A stretch of DNA of 64,000 nt, taken from Squalus acanthias. Its lineage: Eukaryota. The DNA is taken from NCBI GenBank assembly GCA_030390025.1, contig CM059453.1:6634001-6698000 (forward strand). The letters run 5' to 3'. Both the position numbers and the translations under genes were made by a program. The notes beneath the pieces are model-generated. The model ran no database searches, had not been told where the DNA came from, and worked only from the letters and a program-made list of their open reading frames with translations. Shown here one piece after another: positions 48,601-60,772 of this stretch (position 1 is its first letter; the number at the start of each line of letters is the position of its first letter).

Positions 48601-51600
48601 TAACGTTGATTCGAAGTCCAGCGTGCAAAATTTGTTCACTGGACAATATCCATGATACAAATAATTTGGATATATAACGACTAATAGTTATTTAAGTGGG
48701 GCCATTTGTTACCTGATGAGGCATAAAACTGCATTACAACTGCGAGGAGTAATTCAGAATGGTGACACAGTTGCAACACGTGGCAGAGAAAAATGAGCAA
48801 AATGTGATTTTCTTGTTATTTCTTTCTCAGATTTAGTTGTAAGCCCATTTTAAAATTGAAATGTACCTAACAAGCTGGTTTTCTCCCGTTTTTATAGAAA
48901 AGCCAGAGATTTCAGGTGATGGGGAATTGATCGCTGGACAAACTGCACGATTGAACTGTTCCATCACGCACAACTGCCCGGAAGGCAACCTGAAACTGAA
49001 GTGGATTAATTACAATGTGTTCCCTTCTCCCCCAATGGATACTCAAGTTGGAGCAGAAATTAGAAATGAAAGTTCAGGTTCTCGGACAGTTTCATCCGTG
49101 ATCACCTTAAAACCATCATCTGCTCATGAAGGAAAAATTATGGGATGCACAATTCTAATTGATGATATCCCAACTCCTTCTGTACAAAATATTACCTTGG
49201 AGATGAAAGGTAAGTATCCGGTGTAAAGTAAACAGACTTATCCTGTCGGACAACGGGCTCCAAATCTGCAATTTTAGCACAAGTAATTTATTAGGGGTTA
49301 GAACTGCATCAGAGGATGAATCATGAAAAGCTCAGCCTCTGTACCAGTAGAGCTTACCTCGATAACCAAACGTTCGGAATGGCTCTCATCTAATTCTCAT
49401 CATTCAGATTACATTAGAATCATTCATATCCATGAATCAATTATGGTGCCTACAACAGATTTTTTAATGTGATTGTTAATAATTATTCTATGAACTTCCA
49501 GTCATGTTCTGAGTTTAGTCAGTCATAAATGGAAGCAACAAAGGCCATGCCGAGTTAAGATCTAAAGCTATGACACCAGATCTCAGCTCTGGTTGAGCTT
49601 AATAAGAACTTAAGAATTAGGAACAGGAGTAGGCCATACGGCCCTTCGAGCCTGCTCCGCCACTCCGGCAATCATGGCTGATAATCGAAGTTAACTCCAA
49701 TTTCCCGCCTGATCCACATACCCATTATAATGAATTAATTAGGAGCTCAATTATGCTTATTCGACCGTCACGTTTTGCATTAACGTCTGATTCAGAGGGA
49801 CTGGACATCAGAACCGTCAACTGCTCTATAGTTGCTGTGGAAGGAAGTTCATTCTTATTTTCCTGCACGGCCTGTGGGAAACCCCTGGTCAGTTGAAAAT
49901 GTGTGAAAAATGGGGTAGAGATCAGCAGGTCTTCCACTGGTGAACTAAAGCAGATATTGCGCAACATTCGTTCAGAGGACGGCGGTGAATATTGGCGCCT
50001 AGCTGAAAATGCCCTGGGCACCACAAAACGTTCCACATAAATTTCTGTACAATGTAGGTATGTATTAATTTATCAATTAGACAGTAGCCTTTCATGTCAC
50101 GAACTATGGATTAAATTCCAATTCTCTCTTGCCTGCTTGCTAGAAGGCTCCCATGTGTATGAGTTTGGGACAGTTTCACCCCTTCCCGCGGAAATAGCGG
50201 CAAACTACCTCGACGGCTTCAATAATGGAAACTAACCTGGCATCTCGCTCAGTATGACAGGAGTGGAATATCGCACAATGCCTCATAAATGCAGCAGGTC
50301 TTACATTTATGAGGTTGCGACACAAGCACATTTACTGGGATATTTAATCGACAACTAATTGTTCATAAATTATACTCATCATCTGAAATAAACAATCCTT
50401 AGAGCCGGCTTGCAGCAATTTGATGAGTACCAATTATTTCCAAAAAAAGTGAGATAAAATGGTGTTCAGCCAACTCCTGTTACTTGTATTAACGTTGAGT
50501 TAATAGTGTAATATTCTCGCGTCTTGGTTCTTTGAAATGTCGCCTTGTGAGCCGGACGTTTATTGAAGAATCACGTCAGTCCACCATAAATGAAGATGTT
50601 TAAAACAGTACACAAAGTGAAGACATTGAAATAAATTGAACTTTTAAAACATTGACGGGTGAGACACCTTTGTGGGCTATTATACATGATCAAATCTCTG
50701 AGCTAGCTCCGTCTGAGGGTCCCTCACAACATCTGTCATGAGATGCATTGATGGACTGAACACTCATTGGATTTAATATGGAATTGTTCCTAACGAGCTC
50801 ACCTGTTATAAGTAAAAATATAATAAGCCATGAACTGGTGCAACATAGATTGCTTCATCTTAAAATATAACAACCAGAACTATTATTGTTATTTCAACTC
50901 ATTACTTCATTGTATTTTGACACTACAACTGTTTTCATGATCATTTCCTATTGAAGTTTCCATATTTTTTTTAGGTAAACCCACAATTTTAGCAGGCCCG
51001 ACATGCACCAACTCTGAGAATTGGACGGATTGTAGCTGCCGGATCAGAGCCAATCCCCCGGGAAACATTACGTGGGGCCTCAATGGGAGAATCCTCACTG
51101 GGGACAGGTCAGATGTGGAAATCATCTCCTGGGCGGTGAATAGTCACCGAATGGAGAGCTCCCTGAGACTGACTCACCCACCCAGAACCGGAAACCTGAT
51201 CTCATGTGTTGTTGCAAACGAGCACGGTGAATCTGTCAGTATATATGATCTCCACTCTAAGGGTACGTTTTTAATCTATCTGTAATGTAAAACTATAAGG
51301 GAGTTGGTACATCACTGGTCAGTCACTAACTGAACGGTGTTAGTGTCAGCAAATACCAGCTCCAGTCAGCAGGTCCATACGGAATCTAACTCGAATTAGT
51401 GTTAGGACCTATTTTCAATCAACAACTGAAAGGTGCGGTCGGCATTATCCATTTAAACTTTCAGTCTTCTGAAACTGGCTCGGTTTATATTTTTAGATAT
51501 GATGAAATTATCTGAACACCAGAAGTAGCCAGTGATCTTGGAAAACAAATTCTTCTGAATTAAGATAAACACTTTTGAAAATCCAAATTACTCTTAATAC

Positions 51601-54600
51601 ATGATAGCAAACTGCAATCTGCCCTAATTGTATGTACATGATCATTTCTATCTTGTTCAGACTCATTTAAGTATGTAAAGCCGATATTTAATAACCCATG
51701 TGAAACTGAATTATCTCTATAGATTATAAATCTTACCGCTGTAACTGGTGACCTTAGCGTTCCGGTATTATGATTGGTTTATGCCCCCTGTTTTTCCGAG
51801 GGTGGGTTGTCGCGCTAACTTCATTTTTCAAATATGATTTTCCCACCAGCGAATCTTAAATTATTTATTTCAAATTTACGCCAGGCCGCAACACAGGAAT
51901 AAAATGCTTTTACGCAAGGCTGAGACAAGCACGATTTACCTTTTGTAAATCCATGTTGACTTTGTCCGATCCTGTCACTGTTTTTCAAATGCTCAGCTAT
52001 TACATCCTTTATAATGGACTCTAGCATTTCCCCCACTACCGATGTCAGGCTTTCCGGTCTGTAATTCCCGCTTTATCTCTACCACCCTTTTTGAATAGTG
52101 GGGTAACATTAGCTACCCACCAATTCATGGGTACAGTTTCAGATTCCATCGAATGTTGGAAGATGACCAGCAATGCATCTATTATTTCTAGGGCCACTTC
52201 CTTAAGTACGCTAGGATGTAGATTATCAGGCCCTGGGGATTTATCGGCCTTCAATCCCGTCAATTTCGCTCACACCATTTCCCTGCAAATACTGCTTAAT
52301 TTCAGTTCCTCCCTTTCATCGAACCCTATGTTCTCTAACATCTCTGGGAGGTTATTTGTGTCCTCCTTTGTGAAGACAGAACCAAAATCTGCATTTACTT
52401 GGTCTTCCATTACTTTGTTCCCCATTATAACTTCCCCTGCTTCTGACTGCAAGGGACCTGCACTTGATTTCACTTAACTTTTTCTTTTCTCATATCTATA
52501 AAAGCTGGTACAGTCAGTTTTTATGTTCCCAGCAAGCTTACGTTCATATTCTATTTTCCCCTTCTTAATAAATCCCTTTGTCCTCTTTTGTTAAATCCTA
52601 AACTGCTCCCAATCCTCAAGATTACCGCTTTTTCCGGCCAATGTGTATGCCCTCTCCTTGAATCTTACGCTATCCCTAATTTCCCTTTGTTAGACACAGT
52701 TGAGTCTATATTTTTGTTGTATTCGTATGCCACACTGGGATGAACAAATTCTGTAGTTCATCCATGTAGTCTTTGAATGTTTGCCATTGCCTATCCACCA
52801 TCAACCCCTTGAGTGACATTCCCCAATCAATCCTACCAATTCGCGCCTCATACCATCGTAGTTTCCTTTATTTCAATTCAGGTCCCTTGTCTCTGATTCA
52901 ACTACTTCACTCTCCATCCTAATGAAGAATTATATCATATTATGATCACTCTGACCCAAGGGGCCTCGTGCAACAAGATGGCTAATTAATCCTTTCTCGT
53001 TACATAATACCCAGTCTAAGATGGCCTGATCTCTGGTTGGTTCCTCGACATATTGTTCCAGAAAACCATCCCATAAACATTCTAGGAATTCCTCCTCCAC
53101 AGTATTTTTACTAATTTGGTTAGCCCAATCTATATGCAAATTAAAGTCACCCATGATGACTGCTGTGCCCTTACTGCATGCCTCTCTAATTTCACTTTTA
53201 ATGCCGTCCCCGACCTCCGTATTACTATTTGGAGGTCTATATACCACTCCCACTGACGTTTTCTGCCCCTTGTTATTTCTTAGTTCTACCCATACAGATT
53301 CCGCATCATCAGAACTAATATCCTTCCTTTCAATGGTGTTAATCCCCTCTTTAACCAGCAATGCTACCCCAACTCCCTTTCTTTTTTGCCTATCTTTCTT
53401 AAATAACGAATAACCCTGGATTTTGAGTTCCCAGCCTTGTCCACCCTGGAGCCATGTTTCTGTAATCCCAATCAAATCATATTCATTTACCTCTATTGGC
53501 GCAGCTAATTCGACCACCTTGTTCCGAATGCTCCTTGCATTAAGACACAAAGTCTTCAGACTTGTTTTTTTTTAACGCTCTCAGACCTATATGAATTATT
53601 ATTTACTGTGACCATGTTTGATTTAAACCGTTGAGTTCTTTGCCTTCTACTTTAGTTATTCTCCTTCCTGTCTTTTGCTTTTATCCTTGTTTCCCATCAC
53701 TCTGTCTCCCTGCTCTGGTTTCCAACCCGCTGCCACCTTAGTTTAAACCCTCCCCAACAGCACTAGCAAACACTCCCCCGAGGACATCGGTCCCGGCCCT
53801 GCCCAGGTGCAAACCGTCCCGTTTGTACTGGTCCCACCTCCCCCATACCCGTTTCCAATGTCCAAGGAATTTGAATCCCTCCCCCTTGCACCATTCCTCC
53901 AGCTATGTATTCATTTGAAACATCCTCCTATTACTACTCTGACTAGCACGTGGCACTGGTAGCAATCCTAAGATTACTACCTTTGAGGTCCTATTTTTAA
54001 ATTACGTCCTATCTCCCTCTATTCTGCTTTTAGGTCCTTATCCCGTTTTTTACCTATATCGTTGAAGCCTAAGTGCACCACAACAACTGGCTGGTCGCCC
54101 TCCCCCTCCAAAATGTTCCGTAGCCGCTCCGAGACGTCCTTGAACCTTGCACCAGGGAGGCAACACACCATCCTGGAGTCTCGTTTGCGGCCGCAGAAAC
54201 GCCTATCTATTCCCCTTACAATTGAATCGCCTATCACTATAGCTCTTCCACACTTTTTCCTCCCAGCCTGTGCAGCAGAGCCACCTATGGTGCGAGGAAG
54301 TTGGCTGCTGCCGCCTACCCCTGCTAAGTCATCCCCCCCCAACAGCATCCAAAGTGGTATATCTGTTTGAGAGGGGGAAGGCCACAGGGGAACCCTGCAC
54401 TACTTGCCTGCAGCTCTTATTCTCGCTGGTGGTCACCCTTTCACTTCCTGCCTGTACACTCTTTACTTGCGGTGTGACCAACTCCCTAAACGTGTTATCC
54501 ACGATGTTCTCAGCATCGCGAATGCTCCAATATGCATCCATCTGCAGCTCCAGCGCCGCAATGTGGTCCGTCAGTAGCTGCAGCTGGATACATTTCCCAC

Positions 54601-57600
54601 ACACATGGTCGTCAGGGATACAGGAAGCGTCGCTGATTTCCCACATATAGCAGGAGGAGCATATCACGGGGCAGAGCTCTCCTGCCATGATTTACCCTTT
54701 AATTAATTAATTACAATTAAACTGATTGAATGCCACCAATTTCAATTCAATTAAATGATATACTTAAGAGCCTTTGCTTAACAGCCGTCCCCGCTACACC
54801 ACAGAGACTCTAGAAACTATAAACCACAGAATTTAAGTATGGAAAAAAGGAGAAAGAGAGAAATACTCACCAACCAATCACTTACCTGCTTTCTGCTGAT
54901 GTCACTCTTCGATTACTTTTTACTTCTTTACACTCACCGGTCCGTTGCAGCTCACCTTTGAAATCTCCCGAGGTTTGGCGCTCTCCAGCCGCTCTCGTTC
55001 ACCTTTGAAATCTCCCGAGGTTTGGCGCTCTCCAGCCGCTCTCGCTCACCTTTGAAATCTCCCGAGGTTTGGCGCTCTCCAGCCGCTCTCGCTCACCTTT
55101 GAAATCTCCCGAGGTTTGGCGCTCTCCAGCCGCTCTCGCTCACCTTTGAAATCTCCCGAGGTTTGGCGCTCTCCAGCCGCTCTCGCTCACCTTTGAAATC
55201 TCCCGAGGTTTGGCGCTCTCCAGCCGCTATCCGCTTTAATTAATTGAACTTAAATTAAATCAAATCAATCCCACCAATTATACTATAATTAAATGATATA
55301 GGGCCCTTGTTTACCAACTTTCCCCGCTACACCACAGAGACCCTAGAAACTTTAAATCACAAAATTTAAGTTTGGAAAAAAGAGTTAAAGAGAAATACTC
55401 ACCAACTTCTGTGTTTCTAAGCGGAGTGCCTCACTTTCCATTAGCTTTCTGATCCAAACATAAAGGAAACTTGATACCTCACACACAAAAATTTGCTTCG
55501 AAGATTGTTGTTTAAATCCAATTCCTTAAGGTACAGCAATGTTTCTTTCCAATTTTTTAGGAATATTCTCCAGGACAATTGTTCTCATCATAAGAGGAGG
55601 AGCCACTGGGATTTTTTTTCTAATTGCAGTCGTGCTCCTGCTGAAGATACAAAGGTATGAGTGATTCCTAATTACATAGAATGAAGTTTTAAAGGGGATC
55701 CTGCATCAGAAATTTCGTGTATAAAAAGGTCGTTGAAATTAATCTCCCGTGAGTAGAGTGAGCAAATGCCTGAATCGAAGCTGAAAGGAGGTGGGTCAAT
55801 CGTCCCCTGACCAGTCGCTCGCATCTCCCAGCATCAGCTATGGAGTAATATTAGTGTCTGATTCAATGGGGCTATCTCTGCATTCTTCTTGTTATATTAT
55901 TGCGGTTTGTTTCCTTATAGATAACTGACATTTTTGGACTTCTGATCGCTGTCGCGCTATGCGCCAGGGATTGTTTTCGCCTACCGTGTAATCTAGATAA
56001 AATTCGCAGTATGCTCAAAGAATGGACAGAGAAACCCTTCCAGTTAGTTTCTGCTGCTGGTTTTACGGGGCACCCTCACTCAAGCCTCCTTGCCATGTCA
56101 GGCTCCCAGCACAACACTAAACCAGGTTGATATTAAGTTCTAACAATCAAGCAAGTCCAGCAAACAGTAAAACAACAAACAAATAGTCAAATTAACGTGA
56201 CACATATGTTTACAGTAGTGGTTAAGTTTGTTTGGATCCAGGAGTAGAATATTATATTTCAAAATTGGGTGTGACTGATGTGCTAAAGTATGATATAAGG
56301 GATTATTTATGTTGGGCTTGTTATCTTATTCTTACCAGTGACTTAATATATTTGGCATGACTAGCTCTCACTGAAAGATCTCGACAGAATCCCCGCTTAT
56401 AATGGATATGCTGATAATTAGCTTCAAGGAGGTGAACGGCTCCAAGTGAATTCCAATTATATCTATTCGGATTATAATGTGCTGCAAACCAAAATTACTC
56501 TTCAACAAATCACAAACGATGTTTACAATTGAAATCAGTGACGGGCTCCTCAGGTAGGGGCCCTCCATAACAGATAATGATTCGGCAACAAAAATAACAA
56601 GATGAGTTCGAATACTCTTGTGAGTTTTGCTGGATTATAACCCTTCCTGTACCATGCTAAGTAATATATAAATGCTTCTTTCAGTGATACTGAGGAAGGA
56701 TCTCAAAGTGGTTATTGAGGAATATCGATTTATTCCCCATTTCACACTCAAATTTTGATATATATTAATAACTTGGACATGGGGGTACAGGGCACAATTT
56801 CGAAATTTGCAGATGACAGCGAACATGGAAGTGTAGTGAACAGTGAGGAAGATAGTAATAGAGTTCAAAGGGACAGAGACAGGCTTGTGGAATGGGTGGA
56901 CACATGGCAGATGAAAGTCAACACAGAAAACTGTGAGGTGTTAGATTTGGGTAGGGAGAATGAGAAGAGACAAGACATGCGAAATGGTACAATTTTAAAG
57001 GGGGTGCAGTAACAGAGAGACGTGGTGCTGCTTGTGCACGACACTTTGTAATTGGCAGGACAGGTTAATAAAGCATCAATAAAGATTATGGAAGCCTGGA
57101 CTTTATAAATAGTTGCACAGAGTACAAAAGCCAGAAAGTTGTGCTCACCCGATAGAAAACATTGGTTCGGCCCCAGCTGGAGTATTCTGTCCAATTCTGA
57201 GTACCACACTATCGGAAGGAGGTGAAGGCTTTGGAGAGGGTGCAGAAGAGATTTACTAGAATGGTTCCAGGGATGAGGGATTACAGTTATGTGGATAGGC
57301 TGGAGAAGCAGGGCCTGTTCTCCTTAGAGCAGCGAAATAAATAGGAGATTTGATAGACCTGTTCAAAATCATGGAAGGTTTAGATAAAGTAAATAACGAT
57401 AAATTGATTACAATGCCTGAAATTTCGTTAACCAGAGACAGAGGTTTAAGGCGATTGGCGAATGAACCAGAGGCGACATGAGGACAAAATTAATTTAAGC
57501 AAAAAGTGGTTAGCATTTGAAATGCACTGACCGAAAGGGTTATAGATCTAGTAATCATAGATTGTAATGTGTTTGCACGTTGAAACTCTTCCATCTGCTA

Positions 57601-60115
57601 CTTAATAAGTTGTTAAAATACTGAATGATCCTCCTATGTCCTATCAGCACAATCAGCTTTCACCATGAGCAAGCAACTCCGCGCCATTAACCAGCTTCAT
57701 TGATAAAGTCAACAGTTCCCTTTTGAAATGTAGGCAGATTGATAATTGAAAAGAATTGCAGAGCGGACGTGGTCTGTGCTAATCAGAAAACGTAAAAGAT
57801 ATAGGTCTCTCCTGACCTACGAACGTCCTTCACAGTATACATTAAGTAAACATACCAGTTATCTATGAAATGTGCGTTATTGTTATTTGTTATTATTTAG
57901 GAAGAAGAGCAGTGAGACTGCATGCGTGCCGAAAACGACTAGTGGTGCGATGGTGTACACTGGGGTTCTAAACGGCGAGGTAAGTGAAGCCAAGCTGGAG
58001 TGACAATTGTAGGATGTTTGGTGTGTTTTCAACCAGCGAGTGACCCAGAACAGGCAAAGCCCAATAGATAAATGGGACTTTCAGAAATTTGGTCCCTAGT
58101 GTTTTAAGGGGGTAATAGCCACTAAGAGTGAAGTATATCGACGGACTCTATAGATAGTTTTTTTTATTCGTTCTAGGGATGTGGGCGTGGCTGGCAAAGC
58201 CAGCATGTATTGCCTATCCCTAATTGCCCTTGAACATGTGGTGGTGAGCCGCCTTCTTGAACCGCTGCAGTCCGCGTTCTGAAGCTGCTCCCATAGTGCT
58301 GTTAGGGAGGGAGCTCCAGTATTTTGACCTAGCGACAATAAGGAATGGCGATATATTTCCAAGTCAGGATGGTGTGTGACTTGGAGGGGAACTTGGAGGT
58401 AATGGTGTTCCCAAGCACCTGCTGGCCTTGTCCTTCTAGCTGGTAGAGGTTGCGGGTTTGGGAGTTGCTGCCGAAGAAGCCTTGGTGAGTTGCTGCAGTG
58501 CATTTTGTAGATGGCACACACTGCAGCCACGGTGCGCCGGTGGTGGAGGGAATGAATGTTAAATGTGGTGGATGGGGTGCCACTCAAGCGGGCTGCTTTG
58601 TCCTGGATGGTGTCGATTTTGTACAGTGTTGGGGCTGCACTACCTGTAGATAGCGCCTTCGTAAGTGGAATTAGGGTGTATTTCCCACGTTGCTATTTCT
58701 ATTCAAAACAAACTCTTTCAAAAATAATGCGTTCCCCAACTTACCTTACCCAATTCCCGTTACCATTAGGTCACATGAGGTTAAATATTCAACGCAGTCA
58801 CAGAAGCTGTCAGATGTATCAGAGGGATCCATATTACTCAGGATTATGTTCAATTTCCGAACTGCACCTCACTGTCGATGTGGCCCAATTGTCCATCACC
58901 TTTAAGGCGGAAGGATTTGGGTTTAAGCTTCACTCCGGCATTTGAACGGTCAGTGCAACACTGAGGGAGAGCTGCATTGCCAGTGGTACGTCTTTTGAGA
59001 CTTTAAAACGCGCTCCCGTTTGCTTCTTCCTGTGGAGGGAAGCGAAATCACGTTCTTATTGTGGAATCGGAAGAATGTTCTCCCCGTACCCTTGCAAGCA
59101 TTTCTCCCAATAAACACAATCTAAAAAAGATTAATTCGCCATTTGTCTAATTTACTGGTTGCTGCATGTTGCTCCAACAGTGATTATACTTTAAAAGTGA
59201 TCCATTGACTAGCAACGCTTTGCTATTATTAAACATGGAATCACACAGCACAGAAGAGGCCATTCAGGCCACCGTGTCAGTGTTGGATCATGGAAAGATC
59301 TAACCAAGTCTTCATGTGAGCCCTGCTCTTTCCCCATCGCCCCTGAAAATGTTCCCCTTTTCAAGTATGTATCCAAGTCACCTTTGAAAGTTACAATTCA
59401 GTCTGCCTCTACCATTCTTGCAGGCAATACATTCCAGATCATACGAACTCGCAGCGTGAAAAAAGTCTCCCTCTCGTTATTTTGCCAATCAGCTTAAAAT
59501 TGAGTCCTCTGGTAACCGACACTCCTGCCAGCGGAAACAGTTTCTCCGATTTACTCCATCAAAAACATTAATAACTTTGAAATCCTCTTTTAAATCTCCC
59601 CAAACCTTTTCTGTTCTAAGAACATCAATCGCCGCTTCTCCAGTCTCTCCGCATAATTGAAGACCCGTAACCCTGGCAGGATTCTAGTAAATCTCCTCTG
59701 CAAATTCTGTATGTCTTGACATCTTTCCTAATGCGTGTACTTGACACAATGCTCCAGCTGAGATCAAACCAGTGATTTTTACAGGTTTAGCGTAACTGCC
59801 TTGATTTTGTACTCGATGAATTTATTATAAATCTATGAGTCCCGAATGCATTTAAACAGCCTCAGCAACTTCCTCTGATATAAATTTGGAAGATATTTAT
59901 TTCTAGCATCAAGACCTCACAACGCATATCTCATGAATGAGCGCCATTAGAAAAGTTACCAGAGATTATATAGTTAGCTGTGCTCTGGTGCAGACAGCGC
60001 ACTCCCATCGTGTTCAACTTTAAATCTGCAATAGCTCCATATCTAACACGAATTTCTTCCATTACAGAGGGACGATTACGTGAGCCCCGCAATCGATGCA
60101 ACCAGCTCAGAATGA
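45656..60115 (+). CDS. Siglec-like receptor A2, candidate activating paralog (or pseudogene). Exons 45656-45698, 46337-46717, 48898-49209, [49796-50053 with stops], 50975-51262, 55561-55654, 57901-57979, 60068-60115; 414 aa if the bracketed exon is skipped
   Basis: All unbracketed exons are open with AG/GT sites and compatible phases. TM carries Arg (AGA 55593-55595). Last exon is frameshifted to RDDYVSPAIDATSSE*. Confidence 0.7.
46337..46717 (+). CDS. A2 V-set Ig exon
   Basis: 381 nt, open, within ORF 46315..46878. Confidence 0.9.
48898..49209 (+). CDS. A2 C2-set Ig exon (domain 2)
   Basis: 312 nt, open; CSITHNCP. Confidence 0.9.
49796..50053 (+). pseudogene. A2 third Ig exon, disabled
   Basis: TGA at 49894-49896, TAA at 50038-50040, F-strand Cys to Arg (EYWRLA); AG and GT retained. 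Confidence 0.88.
50975..51262 (+). CDS. A2 membrane-proximal Ig exon
   Basis: 288 nt, open, all Cys retained (GPTC..CSC...ISCV). Confidence 0.88.
51922..55405 (-). mobile_element. CR1 LINE 5' half: 5'UTR, ORF1 (Zn finger, coiled coil, SGNH esterase), ORF2 APE endonuclease; 3'-truncated at KGKSCL
   Basis: ORFs 54329..54688 (CSSC..CGKC), 54019..54348 (IGDSIVR..HLGFND), 52930..53550 (CLNARS, ITETWL, YRPP, GDFN, SDHN). Confidence 0.93.
54952..55228. repeat. 47-bp tandem repeat, ~6 copies, in the CR1 5' region
   Basis: tcacctttgaaatctcccgaggtttggcgctctccagccgctctcgc starting at 54952, 54999, 55046, 55093, 55140 and 55187. Confidence 0.95.
55561..55654 (+). CDS. A2 transmembrane exon with intramembrane Arg (GIFSRTIVLIIRGGATGIFFLIAVVLLLKIQR)
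   Basis: 94-nt phase 1-2 exon; GGA in A1 (15280-15282) is AGA here. Confidence 0.88.
56700..57550 (+). mobile_element. Degenerate CR1 RT fragment, unit 2 only
   Basis: IYINNLD..ISKFADD..LVEWVDTWQM. Confidence 0.85.
57901..57979 (+). CDS. A2 cytoplasmic exon 1 (RKKSSETACVPKTTSGAMVYTGVLNGE)
   Basis: tttag|G AAG AAG...GAG|gtaagt; homologous to 17961-18048 and 9 nt shorter. Confidence 0.82.
58160..58640 (-). mobile_element. LINE 3' end (CR1/L2-like RT C-terminus and tail)
   Basis: NIHSLHHRRTVAAVCAIYKMHC; tail shared with the SINE at 32205-32690. Confidence 0.75.
60068..60115 (+). CDS. A2 terminal exon, frameshift-truncated; ancestral ILYVTV and CEYAPI motifs lie out of frame downstream
   Basis: 13 nt between GAT and CAATCG versus 30 nt in A1; TGA at 60113-60115. 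Confidence 0.82.
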   Translation, partial: RDDYVSPAIDATSSE

Positions 60116-60208
60116 AGAGATTTTGTACGTGACTGTCAATGTCTCACACATCCGCAATCATGAACCATATAGCCCAAATGAGGAGACTTGCGAATATGCA
60201 CCAATTAA

Positions 60209-60772
60209 ACATAAGAAATAGGAGCGGGAGTAGGCCAATCGGCCCCTCGAGCCTGCTCCACCAATCAATAAGATCATGGCTGCTCTGATCTTGGCGTCAA
60301 CTTCACTTTCCTGCCTGTTCCCCATAACCCTTGACTCCCCTATAGCTCAAATATCTGTTTATCTCTGCCTTGAATATATTGAATGACTCAGCCTCCACAG
60401 TTCTCTGGGGCAGAGTATTCCAAAGATTCAGCACATTCTGAGAGAATAAATTCCTCCAAAAAGCCACCTTAAATGGGCGACGCCTTATCCTGAATCTATG
60501 CCCCCTAGTTGTAGATTCTCCCGCGAGGGGAAACATCCTCTCAGCATCAACCCTGTCAAACCCCCTCAGAATCTTAGATGTTTCATTAAGATCACCTCTC
60601 ATTCTTCGAAACTCCAATGAGTATAGGCCCAACCTGCTCAATCTTTCCTCATAAGACAATCCCTTCATCCCAGGAATCAACCTAGTGAACCATCTCTGAA
60701 CTTCCTCCAATGTAAGTATATCCCTCCTGAAATAAGGAGACCAAAACTGTACGCAGTACTCCAGTACATAAG
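60209..60772 (-). mobile_element. 5'-truncated CR1 inserted at the ancestral stop codon of A2
   Basis: ORF 60303..60710; acataag at 60209-60215 and 60766-60772, followed by TGA. Confidence 0.88.

Noticed and set aside
54952-55228. 47-bp repeats as a CRISPR array
   Set aside because: Units are head-to-tail with no unique spacers, inside a CR1 5' region of a vertebrate genome; no cas genes.
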